A stretch of 64,000 nt of DNA from Geosiphon pyriformis uo1 (Eukaryota > Fungi > Glomeromycota), in assembly GCA_016748015.1 (NCBI GenBank), contig JAAOMT010000480.1:124001-188000 (forward strand), given 5' to 3'. Shown here piece after piece: positions 24,716-39,239 of this stretch. The notes beneath the pieces were generated by a model, which had not been told where the DNA came from, did no database searches, and worked only from the letters and a program-made list of their open reading frames with translations. How positions within the stretch are numbered: the stretch's first letter is position 1; each line of letters opens with the position of its first letter. Position numbers and translations under genes: made by a program.

Positions 24716-27700
24716 TTATCTTTTTTTGACTTATATAATTGTAATATTTGAAGATTATTGAATAAAGCATAACTAAAAAGTACATCTAATACCTAATATT
24801 AAATTCTAAGAGTGCTAACATAAGACATAGAATTATACTAGTGTGTTATTATTTGTTAATATTATAAACTATCCTTTTACCTTCAGATTTTTTGGTTATT
24901 TTTTGGTTATTTTTTGAAAAAAATAGTAACTGAAATATTTTATAAGACTAATTTTACATATTGAATCCATATTTATTCAATTCACTCCTTGAAGTTAAAT
25001 CTTTTTTAATTCATTTCATTATTTTACAATCTTGTTTTTTTTGCTATTTATTAACTTATTACTTTAACCCATAACATAAAAGTAGTGTTCCTTGTGAGGT
25101 TGTCAAAATCCACTTATTTTTTTATTGTATGGGTAATTATTTATACTTGTTATAATAATTAAAAAAACACTTTACAGTATACAACAGAAATAATCTAAAT
25201 TTTATTGCATTCAATTCTCTGCTTTTTTGTTTGATCTGCTTTTTTCTTAAAGAACAATTTAGAAGACAATTCTAAAACTTTTAGAACTGGTTCTTAAATA
25301 AGTATTTAGCTAAAACTTATACAGCCTATATAATTTACTTCTTTAATCAAGTTTATTTTAAAAAAATTTCTATAGAAAAAAACAACAGCATCAACCAGCT
25401 TTTATATTCAACAATCTTTAAACAACAATTTTCTGATTTTGAATATCTAAATTATTAAATTCATTTTTGGCTTGCTGTCTATTAACTAGCTAAAACTCCT
25501 TTTGAAACAGAAAAAAAAAGCTATTAAACCACTTTTGTTTTCTATTCTTTTTTAAATAAATCAAATTATTTTACACAAACAGTTATTTCTGAACCAATGA
25601 CTATTAACTTCATGCAAACAAACATCCTGGCTGTTTTTCAAAGTATACAAACTGTTTTAAGACAAAGAAACAATATTCTATTACTCTTATTTAAAAGCAA
25701 TACATAAAATTTAATTGAATAGTTGAATAACTTTAAAAAAGCTACTATAGCCAATTAATATAATAATAAATACAAGTTTTAAATCATTGGTGGCTACTTT
25801 CAAGACTTATCTGCCATCTGGTTTTTACAAAAAACTAATGCCAATGCTTAGCAAAAAATTATTAGATAGACATCAACAAATACCAAAGAAAACAACACTT
25901 TTTTTATCACACAGTTTGAAAACAAATTCAGAACTTCTATTTTGATCTCTAGAATTAGAAAAAAGAACCCAAGATTTAGAAAAAGTAGTAACTAAATATG
26001 CTAAAGCAATAAAAAAGCTAATTAAATGAATAGATTTTAAAAAAAACTGGACAGAAAAGCAAAAAATTTACTCTTTTACAAAAGAAGTGAGAACTAATCT
26101 TTTATATGTTCTTTGGCTTTTTTTATCTCTAAAAAACAATTTCACAATAAATATAGCCATTGAATTTGCCCAAAAGATAAAAAACAATCAAAAAATACAC
26201 TTAAAATCTACTTTTTTAATTTTTGTTTCTGCTTCTGTTATGACTTTTGTTTTCCAAATAACTATTATATTCTTTGTTGTTTATATTTAAGATTCTAATA
26301 AACAATTAATAAACAGACTCACAGCCAATTTTGCTTAGCTATTAAAATTTTTAGCCCGAGTAGTTAGAAAGAATCAACAATCACAAAAACTTAGATTTGA
26401 ATTTTATTTCAATTAAACTTAACAGTTTTTTTATCAAAGACAGCAAAATTGTGGTCTACTTGTATGCTACTGTTGTAAATTAACTGAACATTTCTCAAGA
26501 GATTGCAATAATTTCTCATTGCTTTCTCCAGCTTCTAAAAATAATAACAATTAAAATAATAGACTTATTAACAATAATATTCCCAATTAAAGACCTAATA
26601 ATGTCAACTTTAATTTTTTTAAAGAAAATTTTTTAGTTATAGCTACTGTTTATTAATCTTTAAACTGATAAGCACATCTTCAAAGGATGAGAGTACAAAC
26701 CAATTAAAAAAAAACTTTTTTATGCTTTTAATCTAATTAATAATGATCATAATATGAATAAACTGGCAATCAATTTTTCTAATTTAACAAGAAAAAAAAA
26801 GAAAGCCAAGATTGATTTTACTTTGGACCCCAATAAAGCTTCCAAATTAACTGTTAATAATAATAAGCCATTAAAAACAAAAATTTTCAAGAATTTTCCA
26901 AATCTAAAACTTTCAAAAATTGTACAAAAATCTGGACCCTAATATATTGTTAAAGATCTTATAAAAATTCCAGCTCATATTATCTTTGGCCAGCTAATGA
27001 CCTATCCACAATTCAGAAAAAACTTTTGCAAATCATTGATCTTAAAGAAAAAGATACCAAAAACCAACAAGCACTTTTATCAAACTGAACTTGCTGACAA
27101 TAACAATATTATTTCTTTAATTTGCAAAGCACAAGTGGCTGGTTATTTTATTAATTTGATTTTAGACAGTAGATTATCTGTTAGTATTATTGCCAAACAT
27201 TTTTTTAAAGCAATTAATAGAAAGATTGATAAACTCTTAACTAAACTTATGGCCAATATACATGATGACAAAAAAAAAATTTAGTATAACCAAAACTGTT
27301 TTTGTTTATATTAATAATATCAGCATTAAAATTAACATAGAGATTTTTAAAGTTAAAGAATATACTATCATTATTAACAATAAATGGGTTAAGAAAGCAA
27401 AAGCTTTACTTGACTATAAACTTTGTAAGCTAATCATTAGATGTAATAAGAAGCCTATTGTGGTTAAGTAACATTATTGGACAACTTTTTTAGCATTCAA
27501 GCAAGATTCAGAAGAAGAACAATTAGATAAATTAGATGATAAAGAAAGTGAAAAAGAAAATAATAAAGAAAAACAAAAAGAAACTGCTAAATTTGTCTAT
27601 ACTATCTTTACCAGCAATAACAAGTTCCTAGACAATATTAAGGCTAACAAAAAAAAAATTATTGTAAATGACAAGCTAATTTGTTGGCCATACTATAATA

Positions 27701-29104
27701 TATTCAGAAAGATTTTTGACAGAAAGCCAAATACAGTTATTGGTAATATTATTCTTATATCTAATGCTGGTGCAATAAGTCATTGTATTTTTCCAGTAAT
27801 AAATACAAATTCTGTCTAATTTATTATAAGAATTGGAAATTTATTAGCTTAATACCAAAAGAAGAGATATAAGAAGTGCAAAAGTTTTTTGACAATGAAT
27901 TACTAAAGATACAGTCATTAATAATAGAGCAAAAAAAACTTTTTTCAGAAGAAAGAAAAATAAATATTGAAAATTTGTTGACTTAAAACAGCCCAGTTAT
28001 CTTAAAAGAAGATAATATCTTTAGATGTACTTATATAATACAACATATTATTACCACCAGAAAAACTTGTCTTATCTACTTAAAGTTTTATTAGTCCAAT
28101 TACTATAATAATTAATTTATCAAGAAAGAAATAAACCAAATAAAAAACTTTGGATTTATATAATAAATCAAGAGTAAATAGGCTTTTTTAGTTGTAGTAA
28201 TATCCAAAAAATATGGAATTCTACACTTCTGTAATAATTATTACCAATTAAATATTATTATTAAAAGAGACATATACTTATTTCTCAAAATAATACAATG
28301 CTAAACTAATTAAATAGTGCTGCTTTTTTCTTAATCATTGATTTAACTACTGGATTTTGGCAAGTAGAGATAGATTCAAAAAGCAGAAAAAAAACTGCTT
28401 TTATCACTAAATATAACATCTATGAATTTACAGTTATGTCTTTTGGTCTTATCAATATTTCTTTTATCTTTTAATGCTTAATAGACAAAATATTTGAATT
28501 AGTAAAAGAAAACTTTGTTCTGGTTTATTTAGACAATATAATGGTATATTTAAAAACTTGGGATAAATACTTAAAACATCTACAAAAAATTTTTGATCTT
28601 TTTAAAAATGCTGGCCTTAAGATTAACCCAATTAAATTTTTTTTTAAACAACAATTTACATAATTTTTTGGTTATCTTATTACAAAAAATAGAATTTTTT
28701 CTAATTTTGCTAAGATTAAAAAAGTTTAAAATATCAAACAACCAATAAATATTCATAAATTATACTCTTTCCTTGGTTTGACATTTTATTATTGCAAATT
28801 TGTCAAAAATTTCTCCAAAATCACTTTTCTTTTCAATTAACTACTTAAAAAACTGTTAATTATTACTAGAACATAAGCTTTTAAAACTCTAAAAGAAAAA
28901 CTAATCACTAAACTGATTCTTAAGCAATCAGATCTGAATTAATTTTTCATTCTTCATACTAATGTATTTGGCTTTGAACTTGGTACTGTTCTATTACAAA
29001 AAAATAAAAATAAAAAAAGCATGTTATAGTATAAATTAGTCAATCTTTTTCTCCAGCAGAACAAAATTACTCAGTTACAAAACAGGAATGCTTAGTAGTA
29101 GTAT
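24716..29104 (+). mobile_element. Degenerate Gypsy family C (+), no dUTPase, truncated in RNase H
   Basis: LTR remnant to 25076; PBS from 25083; gag, zinc knuckle (~26465), protease LILDS (~27157), RT YLD (~28527), RH NYSVTKQECL. Inverted homologue of 29105-37806. Confidence 0.85.
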
Positions 29105-29815
29105 TGTTATTGATTAGAATAATAAGTTAATAGATAGCAAAAAAAAACAAAATTGTAGAGTAATAAAAATAATCAAAAAAAATTTACAATAAGGAAGTAA
29201 ATTAAATAAGTAAGGATTCAATGTGTGTGATCAGTCTCATAAAAATTACAGTCATAAATCTTTTTTGAAAATTTGAAGGTAGAAGAATAGTCCATAATTG
29301 TTAACAAGATAATACTGCTGCTATTATTCTATGCCTTAACTTGGCAATTCTTAGAATCAATAACAGATATTATTGTGTTTTTCAATTATTTTTTTATTTA
29401 ATGAATCACAAAAGCAAGCAATTGCTTCTTTGGCTAATTTTAATAATACAAATCAAGAAAAAAAAAGATAAGATATGTGAATGTTAACAAGTAATCTTTT
29501 ATCTCAAGATGTTTAAATACTTAAAAATAAGAAAAAGAAAATAAATAATATGAGAGAAAGTAATTGATAGTGGGTTTTATTTTATTACTTTAATCATGTT
29601 TTTCTACAGCTAAAAAACTTATCACTTATATAGCTATTGAAAATAGTCAATAACCAAATCAATAATCAGATCAATAATCAGGTCATTGATTAAGTTAATA
29701 GTTAGGTTATTAATCAGGTTAATAATTACTATCTAAAAATAGAGTGGCTAATTATATAATATTAGTGGTTAATACATGTGATAACTAATAAAAAGTATGA
29801 ATTTTAATCATAATA
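29105..29815 (-). repeat. Family-C 3' LTR
   Basis: Direct repeat of 37118-37806; preceded on the minus strand by PPT AGAAAGGA. Confidence 0.88.
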
Positions 29816-29824
29816 TTATCCTTT

Positions 29825-30430
29825 CTAAAGAGATTGAGCTCCAGCAAAATCAAGTTATTTATGAGATAATCTAATTGAAGAGTTTTGTTTAACTCAAAGC
29901 TAACTAGTTTGTTGAAATCTTTTATATAATACTTAAAGCAAAATGAGTTTTGTATTCAAGAAATCAAATCTTTGTATAAGAGTTTTGGTTTTTTTAGCAA
30001 TAGTCAAAACTCTTAAGACATCTAATTGTATAATGCCCAAAATTTTTATCTGTATCTCTAAAGTTGTTTTCTTTATAAGTTTCATATCTTCTATGATTTC
30101 ACCAAAACAACCATAGAGTTTTAATTGCTTTTCATATGACAAGTTTTTGTTAATGGATAAAATTTTCTTAATTGTTTTTTTAATTGTGATAAAAAATAAA
30201 AGTATTACAGCTGTTATACTTTTCAACAAATATTTATTCATTTTGCTACCAATTTTTTTTCTTTTGGTAGTTGTTTTCTTTGGTCTAATAACAGTATGTA
30301 TTCTACTGTTATTAGCTATGATAGTCTGTTTTCTAATGGTTAAAGTAGTATTTGAATGGTTTTTAATTCAATACTCATGGAAAGTATAGAAGATGTTTTG
30401 AATGTTTTGATCCAAAAAATTATTGTTCAT
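29825..30430 (-). pseudogene. Family-C ORF3 homologue
   Basis: ATG at 30430 in frame with ORF 29933-30241; ends DFAGAQSL-stop at the PPT. Confidence 0.65.
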
Positions 30431-30469
30431 GTTGATTAAAGATATCTCTGTTTTGGGAATGGTATATTT

Positions 30470-31781
30470 ATTTATATTTGATTTTTGTTAATTATTTGGG
30501 TCAGTTATAACAACAGATAACCAATCAGATTGTTTGTAATATTTCTTAAGTCACATGCCATAAACAGAATGATCATTGAAAATTGTTTTATATTAATCTT
30601 ATAAGATATAAAAACTATTGTTCAAAACTTTGTTGACTATAAAGTGTTCTTTTTACTAGCTAAAAAATTTATTACTATAAACATTGTCTCTGTCTGAATG
30701 ATATTCTAATACTAAGTTACCAATACTTAAGAAAAGTGTTTTATAAGTTTTTTTTTTTAAGTTTTTTTTGAAACTGTTTTATTTTTTCAAAAGCAATTAT
30801 TCATGCTTCTGCCAATAAGTTAAGAATGATACCAAGTCTTTTTTGCAAAATGTCTTTATAATTTCTTATTATGATTTCTTTAAAGAGTATTATTTCAATA
30901 TTAGTTTCTATTGGTAGTATTGCTATGTGTTCATAGAACAGATAAAAAGATTCATAACTTGTTATGTTATAATTCACAGTTCTATAAGCAAACAAAGCTA
31001 AAAGCAGTACTTTGTTTTATAAGTTTGTTTCTTTACTGATTTTGGTTAAGATTTTACATAGTGTTCTATTAAAATATTCTATTAGATCATTTGTCTGAAA
31101 GTAATAAAAAGAGGAAAGTTTATAACATATTCTCATTTTTTTACAAAGTTCTTTAACCAGTGTACTGAGAAAAGCTCTTTTTCTATTAGATAAAAGTTCT
31201 TTGGGGCAGTCATGATGGCAGATAATATCTTTATAAATAAAATTGACTATTAAGACTGCTGTTTAGTCTGAAGTGGCTCTTGCTTCTACCCACTTTGTAA
31301 GATAGTCAGTAGCTGTAATAATATATCTATTGCTATTAGGAGTTATTGTTAAAAATTCAACAACATCTATATTAATTCTGTCAAATAGTTGGCCAACAAA
31401 GATTGGGTAAATATCTTTTTTTTGATTGGGTTTGCTTTTTTTTTGACAAGTATCACAGATTTTGATGTATTTAGCAATGTTTTTTTTTAAGGTAGGCCAA
31501 TAATAGCAAGCTAAAGTTTTCTGGATTGTTTTTGTTTTTCCAAAGTGTTTAGCTAATAGATTAGTGTACATGTTGTATATTACAATTTCTCTTTCTTTAA
31601 ATTTGATGACTCTTTGGAGATAGTCAGGATCTTTTCTATTTCTTTTGTAAAGTTGGTTTTGGTAAATCAAATAAAAATTTAATTGTTTATGCAAATATTT
31701 TTTTTGCTGTTGAGTGTAATCTAATGAATATTGTTTTTTTTCCAAAAATTTTATTAATGCAAAGTAGTTATTCAAGTCCAT
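30470..31781 (-). pseudogene. Family-C integrase, separate ORF
   Basis: MDLNNY start; HFG..CDTC; IDVV; DYLTKWVEA. Confidence 0.87.
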
Positions 31782-32521
31782 TATTATGTTTATTTATAAA
31801 GGAGTTACTAATAATTAGGTTGGTTTGGTTTGAGAAAATTGTACTGTCACTAAATAGTAAGTCTAAAGAGAGCATTGGCATTTTAATAATTAGCTTCTTT
31901 ATAATATTAAATATTATAGTTAAATTTATCCAGGTAGAATATCCAGCAAGTTATTTATTTGTGTTCTAGCTTCTTTTTATTGCACAGCCAAACCAAGACT
32001 TAATGATCTGTTATCACTAAAAATTTTATACCAAGAAGATATTAATCTTAGTAACTAGTAGCTTAAACTACTGTTAAGCATTTTTGTTTAATAATTAAAT
32101 AATTCTTTTCTGCTAGTATAAGAGTTCTACTGGCATATGCTATAGCATGTTTTTTGCCATCTTCATTTTTTTGTAAGAAAACAGCACCAAGTCCATAGCC
32201 AGATGCATCAGTGTGTAAAATAAAAGATTAGTTCAAATCAAGTTGTTTAAGAATTAGTTTAGTAACAAGTTTTTCCTTTAAAGTTTTATAAACTTTTTGT
32301 TAATAAGTGCTTCAATAATAATTGACATTTTTTTTGAGTAGCTGATTAAAAAAAAAGACAATTTTGGAGAAATTTTTGATAAATTTGTAATAATAAGAAG
32401 CCAAACCAAAAAAGAGCATAGTTTAAAAACATTTATTGGTTGTTTAATATTCTGGACTTTTTTAACTTTAGCTGAGTTAAAAAAAATTCTATCTTTTGTA
32501 ATAAGATGACCAAAAAACTGG

Positions 32522-33504
32522 TGTTATTAATAAAATTTTAGCTATTAATTAGCATAAAATTATTCCTATAATTTCTATTATTAATTAGCATATATTATTA
32601 TTATTTCAATTATTACTTATTATTTAATCAAATTATCAAATATTATCATTCAATTAATAATCTAATTTGTACCATAGAAATTAAGATGATCAAATTACAC
32701 AATATCCTGAACTATTTAATATAGTCAAAATTCGCCGAAATTGATAAAAATTGGCCAAAATAATCAATAATTTGTAGAAATAACTTGTAATTCACTGAAA
32801 TATATCTTTAGTTTGCTAAAATTAAAGCAAAGAGAAAAGTACAAGTTTAAAAACTAGTATTACAACAAATTGTATAAAAAAAGAGCTTTTTTTTTCAAAA
32901 AAATATATCTTTTTATAGTATTTTACTATAATATTTTACTTTAAATATCTTAATTAAAACAAATTACTTTTTACACATCTCAAATAAAAATTAAATATTC
33001 AAAAAACAAATCTTTTGATTATTACATTTGAAATTTTCTCAACACAACTAACATTTTGAAATTAATTAACTACTAATTTCAGTAATTTGTTAGTAATTCC
33101 AGGCCTAAATAGAAAACATTTCCCTTAATACAATTCTATTTCTTTTACATTTCTTTTATTTTTTTCTTTTTTTTCTTTTTTTTCTTATTATAATCATCAG
33201 AGTAGCTTATAGACAAGATTCTTGTAGAAAATTTGACTTTTACAGCAAAGTAACTACACATTTTTAGTAAGCTTTTAGACAAGCAATTCTTGAAAAAGAG
33301 TTGACATTTATTACAATATAACTACACAAAACAACTGACACAAAATTGGCCATTCCACTTATAAGCCCAGCAGTTCAAATTATAGGAGATAATTTGAAAA
33401 TAAATTCAGTTATTGAAGGTTCAACTGCTTCCAGAAAATGTGAAATTAGCAACAGAAAAATATTAACAACATTCAAGAAAAGAGACCAAAAACCTCCAAT
33501 AATA
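32522..33504 (+). repeat. Solo LTR of the G1 family inside family-C RT
   Basis: Colinear with 2311-3290 but more mutated; imperfect 4-bp TSD CTGG/CTGT; host RT sequence rejoins on removal. Confidence 0.9.
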
Positions 33505-36500
33505 CTGTGTAAATTGTTATCTAAAGAAAAATTTAATTAGATTTATCTTAAGACTGGCATTTTTAAAAAGATCAAAAATCTTTTGCAAGTGTTTATGATG
33601 TTTATCCCAAATTTTTGAGTATATTATTATGTCATCCAAATAGACCAGAACAAAATTTTCTTTTACTGATTCAAATACTTTGTTCATTAGACATTAAAAA
33701 ACAAAAGAAATATTGGTAAGACTAAAAAGCATAACTGTAAATTTGTAAGTGTTATACTTGGTAATGAAGGCAGTTTTCTTTCTGCTTTTTGAATTTATTT
33801 CTACTTGCCAGAATTCAGTAGTTAAGTCAATGATTGAGAAGAAAACAGTATTATTGAATTTGTCTAATATTGTATTAATTTTGGGAAGTAGATACATGTT
33901 TCTTATAGTAATGACATTTAATTGGCAATAGTTAATACAGAAGCATAAAGTTTCACCTTTTTTGAATATTACTACAACTGAAAAAGCTCATTCACTCTTG
34001 GTTTTTTGTATGAATTCAAGATTTTTCTTTCTGTTTATTTCTTTCTTAATAAACTTATTATTGTGTCAATTGGATTGATAAGGCTTCAAATAAATGGGGT
34101 GAGTTTTTTTGGTTGTAATAGTATGTTGTATTATATGAGTTCATCCAGAAGTGTTATCTTCTTTTGAAATAACTGGGCTATTTCTAGCCAACAAATTTTC
34201 AATGTCTATTTTTCTTTTTTTAAAGGAAAGTTCTTTTTGTTTTACTACAAGTAATTAAATCTTAAGTGGTTTATTCTCAAAGAACTTTTGTATTTTTCTT
34301 AGTTATTTTCTTGGTATTAGGCTAACAGATTTCCAATTTTTGTAGTAGATTAAACAGGATTTGTATTTATTACTAAGAAAATACAAAGATTTATCACACC
34401 AGCATCTAACACAAGAATTATGTCACCAATAACTGTATTTTGCTTTTTTGGCAGGTTTTTTATCAAAAGTTCTTTTAAAGATATTATAATAAGGCCAGCA
34501 AATTAGCTTGTCATTTACAATAATTTCTTTTTTGTTAGCTTTAATATTGTTCAATGGCTTGCCATTGCTGATAAAGATAATATAGGCAAGTTCAGCAGTT
34601 TTTTTTTGTTCTTTTTAATCTTCTTTTTCATTACTTTCTTTATTATTTGATTCATTTGATTGCTCATTTTTTTGATTTTGCTTGAGTATTAAAGAAGTTG
34701 TCCAATGATGGCATTTAACCATAATAGACTTTTTATTATATCTAATGGTTAGTTTATAAAATTTATAGTTAAGTAGTGCTTTGGCTTTCTTGAGCCACTC
34801 ATTGTCAACAATTATAGTGTACTCTTTTGCTTCAAATATTTCCATGTCAGTTTCAATGCTGATGCCATTAATGCAAACAAAAACAGCTTTGGTTATGCTT
34901 AAATTTTTTTTCTTGTCACTATATACATTGGTTATAGGCCAGATAGAAGATTTATTAATCTTTTTTCTAATGGCTTTTAGAAAATGTTTAGCAATAACAT
35001 TAACAAATAATTCACTGTCTAGAATCAAGTCAATAAAATAACCACCCACTTGGGCTTTGTAAATGAGAGAAGTAATATTGCTGTTGTTAGCAAGTTTAGC
35101 TTAATAAAAGTATTTATTGGTTTTTAATGTTTTTTTCTTTGGAATCAAAGATTTGTGAAGATCTTTTTTGAATTGTGGATGGGTTATTAATTGGTCAAAG
35201 ATAATATAAGCTGGAGTTTCCATGAGATCTTTAACAATAGAATAAGAAGCAGATTTTTGTACAATTTCTGGGAATTCTAACTTTAGAAAATTCTTAAAAA
35301 CTTTAGCTTTTGGTAGTTTATTGTTATCAGCAGTTAATGTAGATGCTTTGTTTAGGTCTAAAACGAAATCAATCTTGGCTTTTTTCTTTTTTCTTGTTAA
35401 TTCAAAGGTGTTAATTGCTAGTTTATCCATTTCATAGTCATTATCAGTTAAGTTAAAAGCATAAAAGAGGTTTTTTTCTGGTTGGCTTGTACTCTTACTC
35501 TTTGAAAGTGCATTTACCAATTTAAAAACTGATAAATAGTAGCTTTAACTAAGGGATTTTCTTCAAAAAAATTGATGTTGACATAATTAAATCTTTGATT
35601 GGAGACATTATTATTAATGATTTTGTTGTTTTGATTGTTATTGTTTCTAGAAACTGGAAGAGGCAAAGGAGAATTGTTACAATCTTTGAAAAAGTGTTTA
35701 GTTAATCTACAATAATAATACACAAATGGGTCATGATTTTGTTGTCTTTAATAAGAAGGTTATTAGAGTTGATTAAAATAGGATTTAAATTTGGGTCTTT
35801 GGAATTGTTAATTCTTTCTGACTGCTTAAGCTAAAAACTCTAATAGTCAGACAAGATTGGCTGTAAGTTTATCTATTAATTGTTCATTGGGATCTGAAGT
35901 CTAAGCAGTAAAAAAAGTAGCAGCCATTTGAGAAACAGAAGTCATAACAGGAGCAAAAGCAAAAACTGAAAGTGTAAATCTCAAGTACATCCTTTGGTTG
36001 TCTTCAATTTGTTGGACAAGTTCAATGACCATATCTATTGTAAGATTGTTTTTTAGGGCCAGAAAAAGCCAAAGAGCATATGAAAAATCAGTTCTTAATC
36101 TTTTTGTAAAGAAGTGAATTTTCTGCTTTTCTGTTTAGTTTTTTCTAAAGTCTACTTGTTTGATTAGTTTTCTAATGACTTTGGCATATTCAGTCACAAC
36201 TTTATTAGGATTTTGAATTCTTTTTTTTAATTTCATATACCATTTGGATATCAAGATAAGAGTTCTAAATTTTGTTTTAAACTGGATAATAAAAAAAGTG
36301 TTATCTTTTTCAGCATTTGCTGGTGTTCATTTAATGATTTTTGCTGAGTATTGGCATTGGTTTTTTGTAAAAACCAAGTAGTAAAAGAGCTTTGAAAGTA
36401 GCCACCAATAATTTGGAACTTGTATTTATTATTATATTGGTTGACTATAACAGCTCTTTTAAAGTTATTCAATCATTCAATTGGATTTTATGCATCACCT

Positions 36501-37117
36501 CTGAATAATGATAATAAGATATTATTTCTTTCCCTAAAGCAGTTTGTATACTCTGGAGGGTAGCCAGAATGTTTTGTTATATAGAATCATTAGCTATTGG
36601 TTTAAGAGTAGCTGTTTGTATAGAGTGTTCTGATTTACTTAAAAAAAGATCAAAAACAGAAGTGGTTTGATAGCTTTCTTTTTCTGTTTCAAAAGAGATT
36701 TTAGTTAACTAGTGGGCAACAATCCAGATGTGAATTTGGTAATTAAGATATTCGAAATCAGGGGGCTGTTGTTCAAAGATTGTGGAATATAAAAGCTAAT
36801 TGATGCTGTTGTTTCTTTCTTTAAAGTTGTCTTTAAGATAAGCTTGGTCAAAGTAATAGGTTATATAGGCTGTGTAAATTTTAGCTGAATGGTTGTTCAA
36901 GAACCAGTTCCAAAAGTTTTAGAATTGTTTATTAGATTGTTCTTTAATAGGGAAGCAAATCAAACAAAAAAGCAAAGGATTGAGTTCAATAAAGTCTAGA
37001 TTATTTTTGTTGTGTGCTTCAAAATGTTTTTTTGATTGTTGTGACAGATATAAATAATCACTCATATAATAGAAAACAAAGTGGATTTTGACAACCTTAC
37101 AAAAAGCACTACTTTTA

Positions 37118-37806
37118 TGTTATGAGTTAGAGTAACAAGCTAATGGATAGCAAGAGAGAACAGGATTGTAGGATGATAAAAATAATCAAGAAGAAAATTA
37201 CAATAAAAGAGCAAATTGAATAAGTAAGAATTCAATATATATGATCAGTCTTATAAAAATTACAATCACAAATCTTTTCTGGAAATTTGAAGATAGAAGA
37301 ATAGTCTGTGATTGTTAACAAGATAATATCACTGCTATTATTCTATGTTTCAACTTTGGCAATTTTTAAAATCAATAACAGATATTATTGTGCTTTTTAA
37401 TCATTCTTCTATTCAATAAATCACAAAAGCAAACAATTGCTTTTTAGACTAATTCTAACAATACAAATCAAAAAAAAGAAAAAATAAGATATGTGAATAC
37501 CAATAAGTAATCTTTTATCTCAAGATGTTCAGATACTTGAAAATAGAAAAAAAGAAATAAGAGAAAGTAATTAATAGTGAATTTTATTTTATTATTTTGA
37601 TCATGTCTTTCTATAACTAAAAGATTTATTGCTTATATAGTTATTAAAAGTGGTCAATAATCAAGTCAATAACTAAGTCAATGATCAGATCAATGATTAG
37701 GTTATTGATCAGGTTAACAATTAAATTATTAATCAAGTCAATAATTACTATCTAAAAATAGAATAGCTAATTATATAACATCAATAGCTAATATATGTAA
37801 TAACTA
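37118..37806 (-). repeat. Family-C 5' LTR, truncated by the TIR element
   Basis: Similarity to 29105-29815 stops at TA 37805-37806. Confidence 0.87.
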
Positions 37807-39239
37807 CAGTCAGAGAAATTTTCTGATTTGTCAATAGAAATTATTCTTTTTATGATAATAAAAAAAATTAGAAAAGTTTCTGGAAACAATTGTAGAACAC
37901 TAAACAAAATTTTTAAAATATTACAACATTTAATTACTTTTCTTCTTTATAAGCTGCCACTGTTATCAGAAAACAATAATGGAACTATTATATCTGGCTT
38001 GTTGTTTGTGAATATTATGAGAGTTTTAATAATAGTTGACATATAGTACAGTACTGCTGCTCTTGGTGCTTTAAAGACTAGTGGTGCTTTAAAAACTGGT
38101 AATGCTTTGGAGACTGTTGCTGTAGATATTGATAAAGTTACTCTGAATCAAACTTTGATTAACAAAATTACTTTTTTTTTGTATTGGGAAAAAGAATTAA
38201 CAGACCTACAAGTGAGAATAATGGCCTAATAGAATCTTTCAAGAACAAGTTTGTTAATAAAACATTGCTTAAGCAAATCAACTAGAAATGGAATTCAAAT
38301 TTACCTTTCTTTAGAAAAAGAAATATAATCAATAATAAAACTCAGAGCATGAAAATTTCAATATATACCCAATAAATATGTTTTTACACAAACTTTGACA
38401 TTTGCAATTAAAAAAAGGCTCTATACTAGCAATTATATTTATTATTTAACCAATATTTAATATTAATAAACAAAAGTTTGATTAATAGTTTTAAAAATGT
38501 ATTAAAAATCAACTTTTTTGGGGCAAATAAATTTATGTTAAATGCTTTTCATAATCCAAACATAATTACACAGAATAGAGATTCAAATCTAAACTCAACA
38601 TATTATGTTTTAAAAATAAATATATATAATACAATAGTAATATTGGCATTAAGTCCAATCTTAATGGCTAATAAAATTTTGTATGTAATCTGAATTTTTT
38701 AGCTTGTGAAAAATGTTGCAAATAGAAGTCAATAAAAAGAAATGGCAAAGATCATATATTGAAAATTATTACTATCAAACAATTGACAATAGTAGTTGCT
38801 AAAGCTCTATAGAACTTATTTAGTGGTTTCCTCTTCAGCAGCTGGTAGATATCTCAACTGTGTGTTTAAATAATGGAACTGAATGAAGTTTAAGATCTTA
38901 TAAAACATGTATTAGCAAGAAAATCTGACCCATAATCTTTACATTACAGCTCTGAACAAAAATCTTGTCAAGTATTATATTAAACAATATAAATATTAAT
39001 GCCACAATGACCACAATTTATATTCCATGCAACTTCTGGGCTGCATATATCAAAATCATTATTCACCATAAAAACAATCACATCATAGACATTGGGTTTA
39101 TAGTTGACACCTTCAAAAATACAAGCATTGTGTATTAATTAATCACAGTTCTAATTATAAATAATAATATATCCAACCCAATATAAACAAAACTGTATAC
39201 AATACAATATATTTTTAACTTCTTAAAGAATATTTATTA

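Larger units (their letters stand above)
29105..37806 (-). mobile_element. Degenerate Gypsy family C (-), near full length
   Basis: 3' LTR 29105-29815; 5' LTR 37118-37806 (missing terminal ~29 bp); PBS 37095-37111; gag-PR-RT-RH ~31850-37000. Confidence 0.9.
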
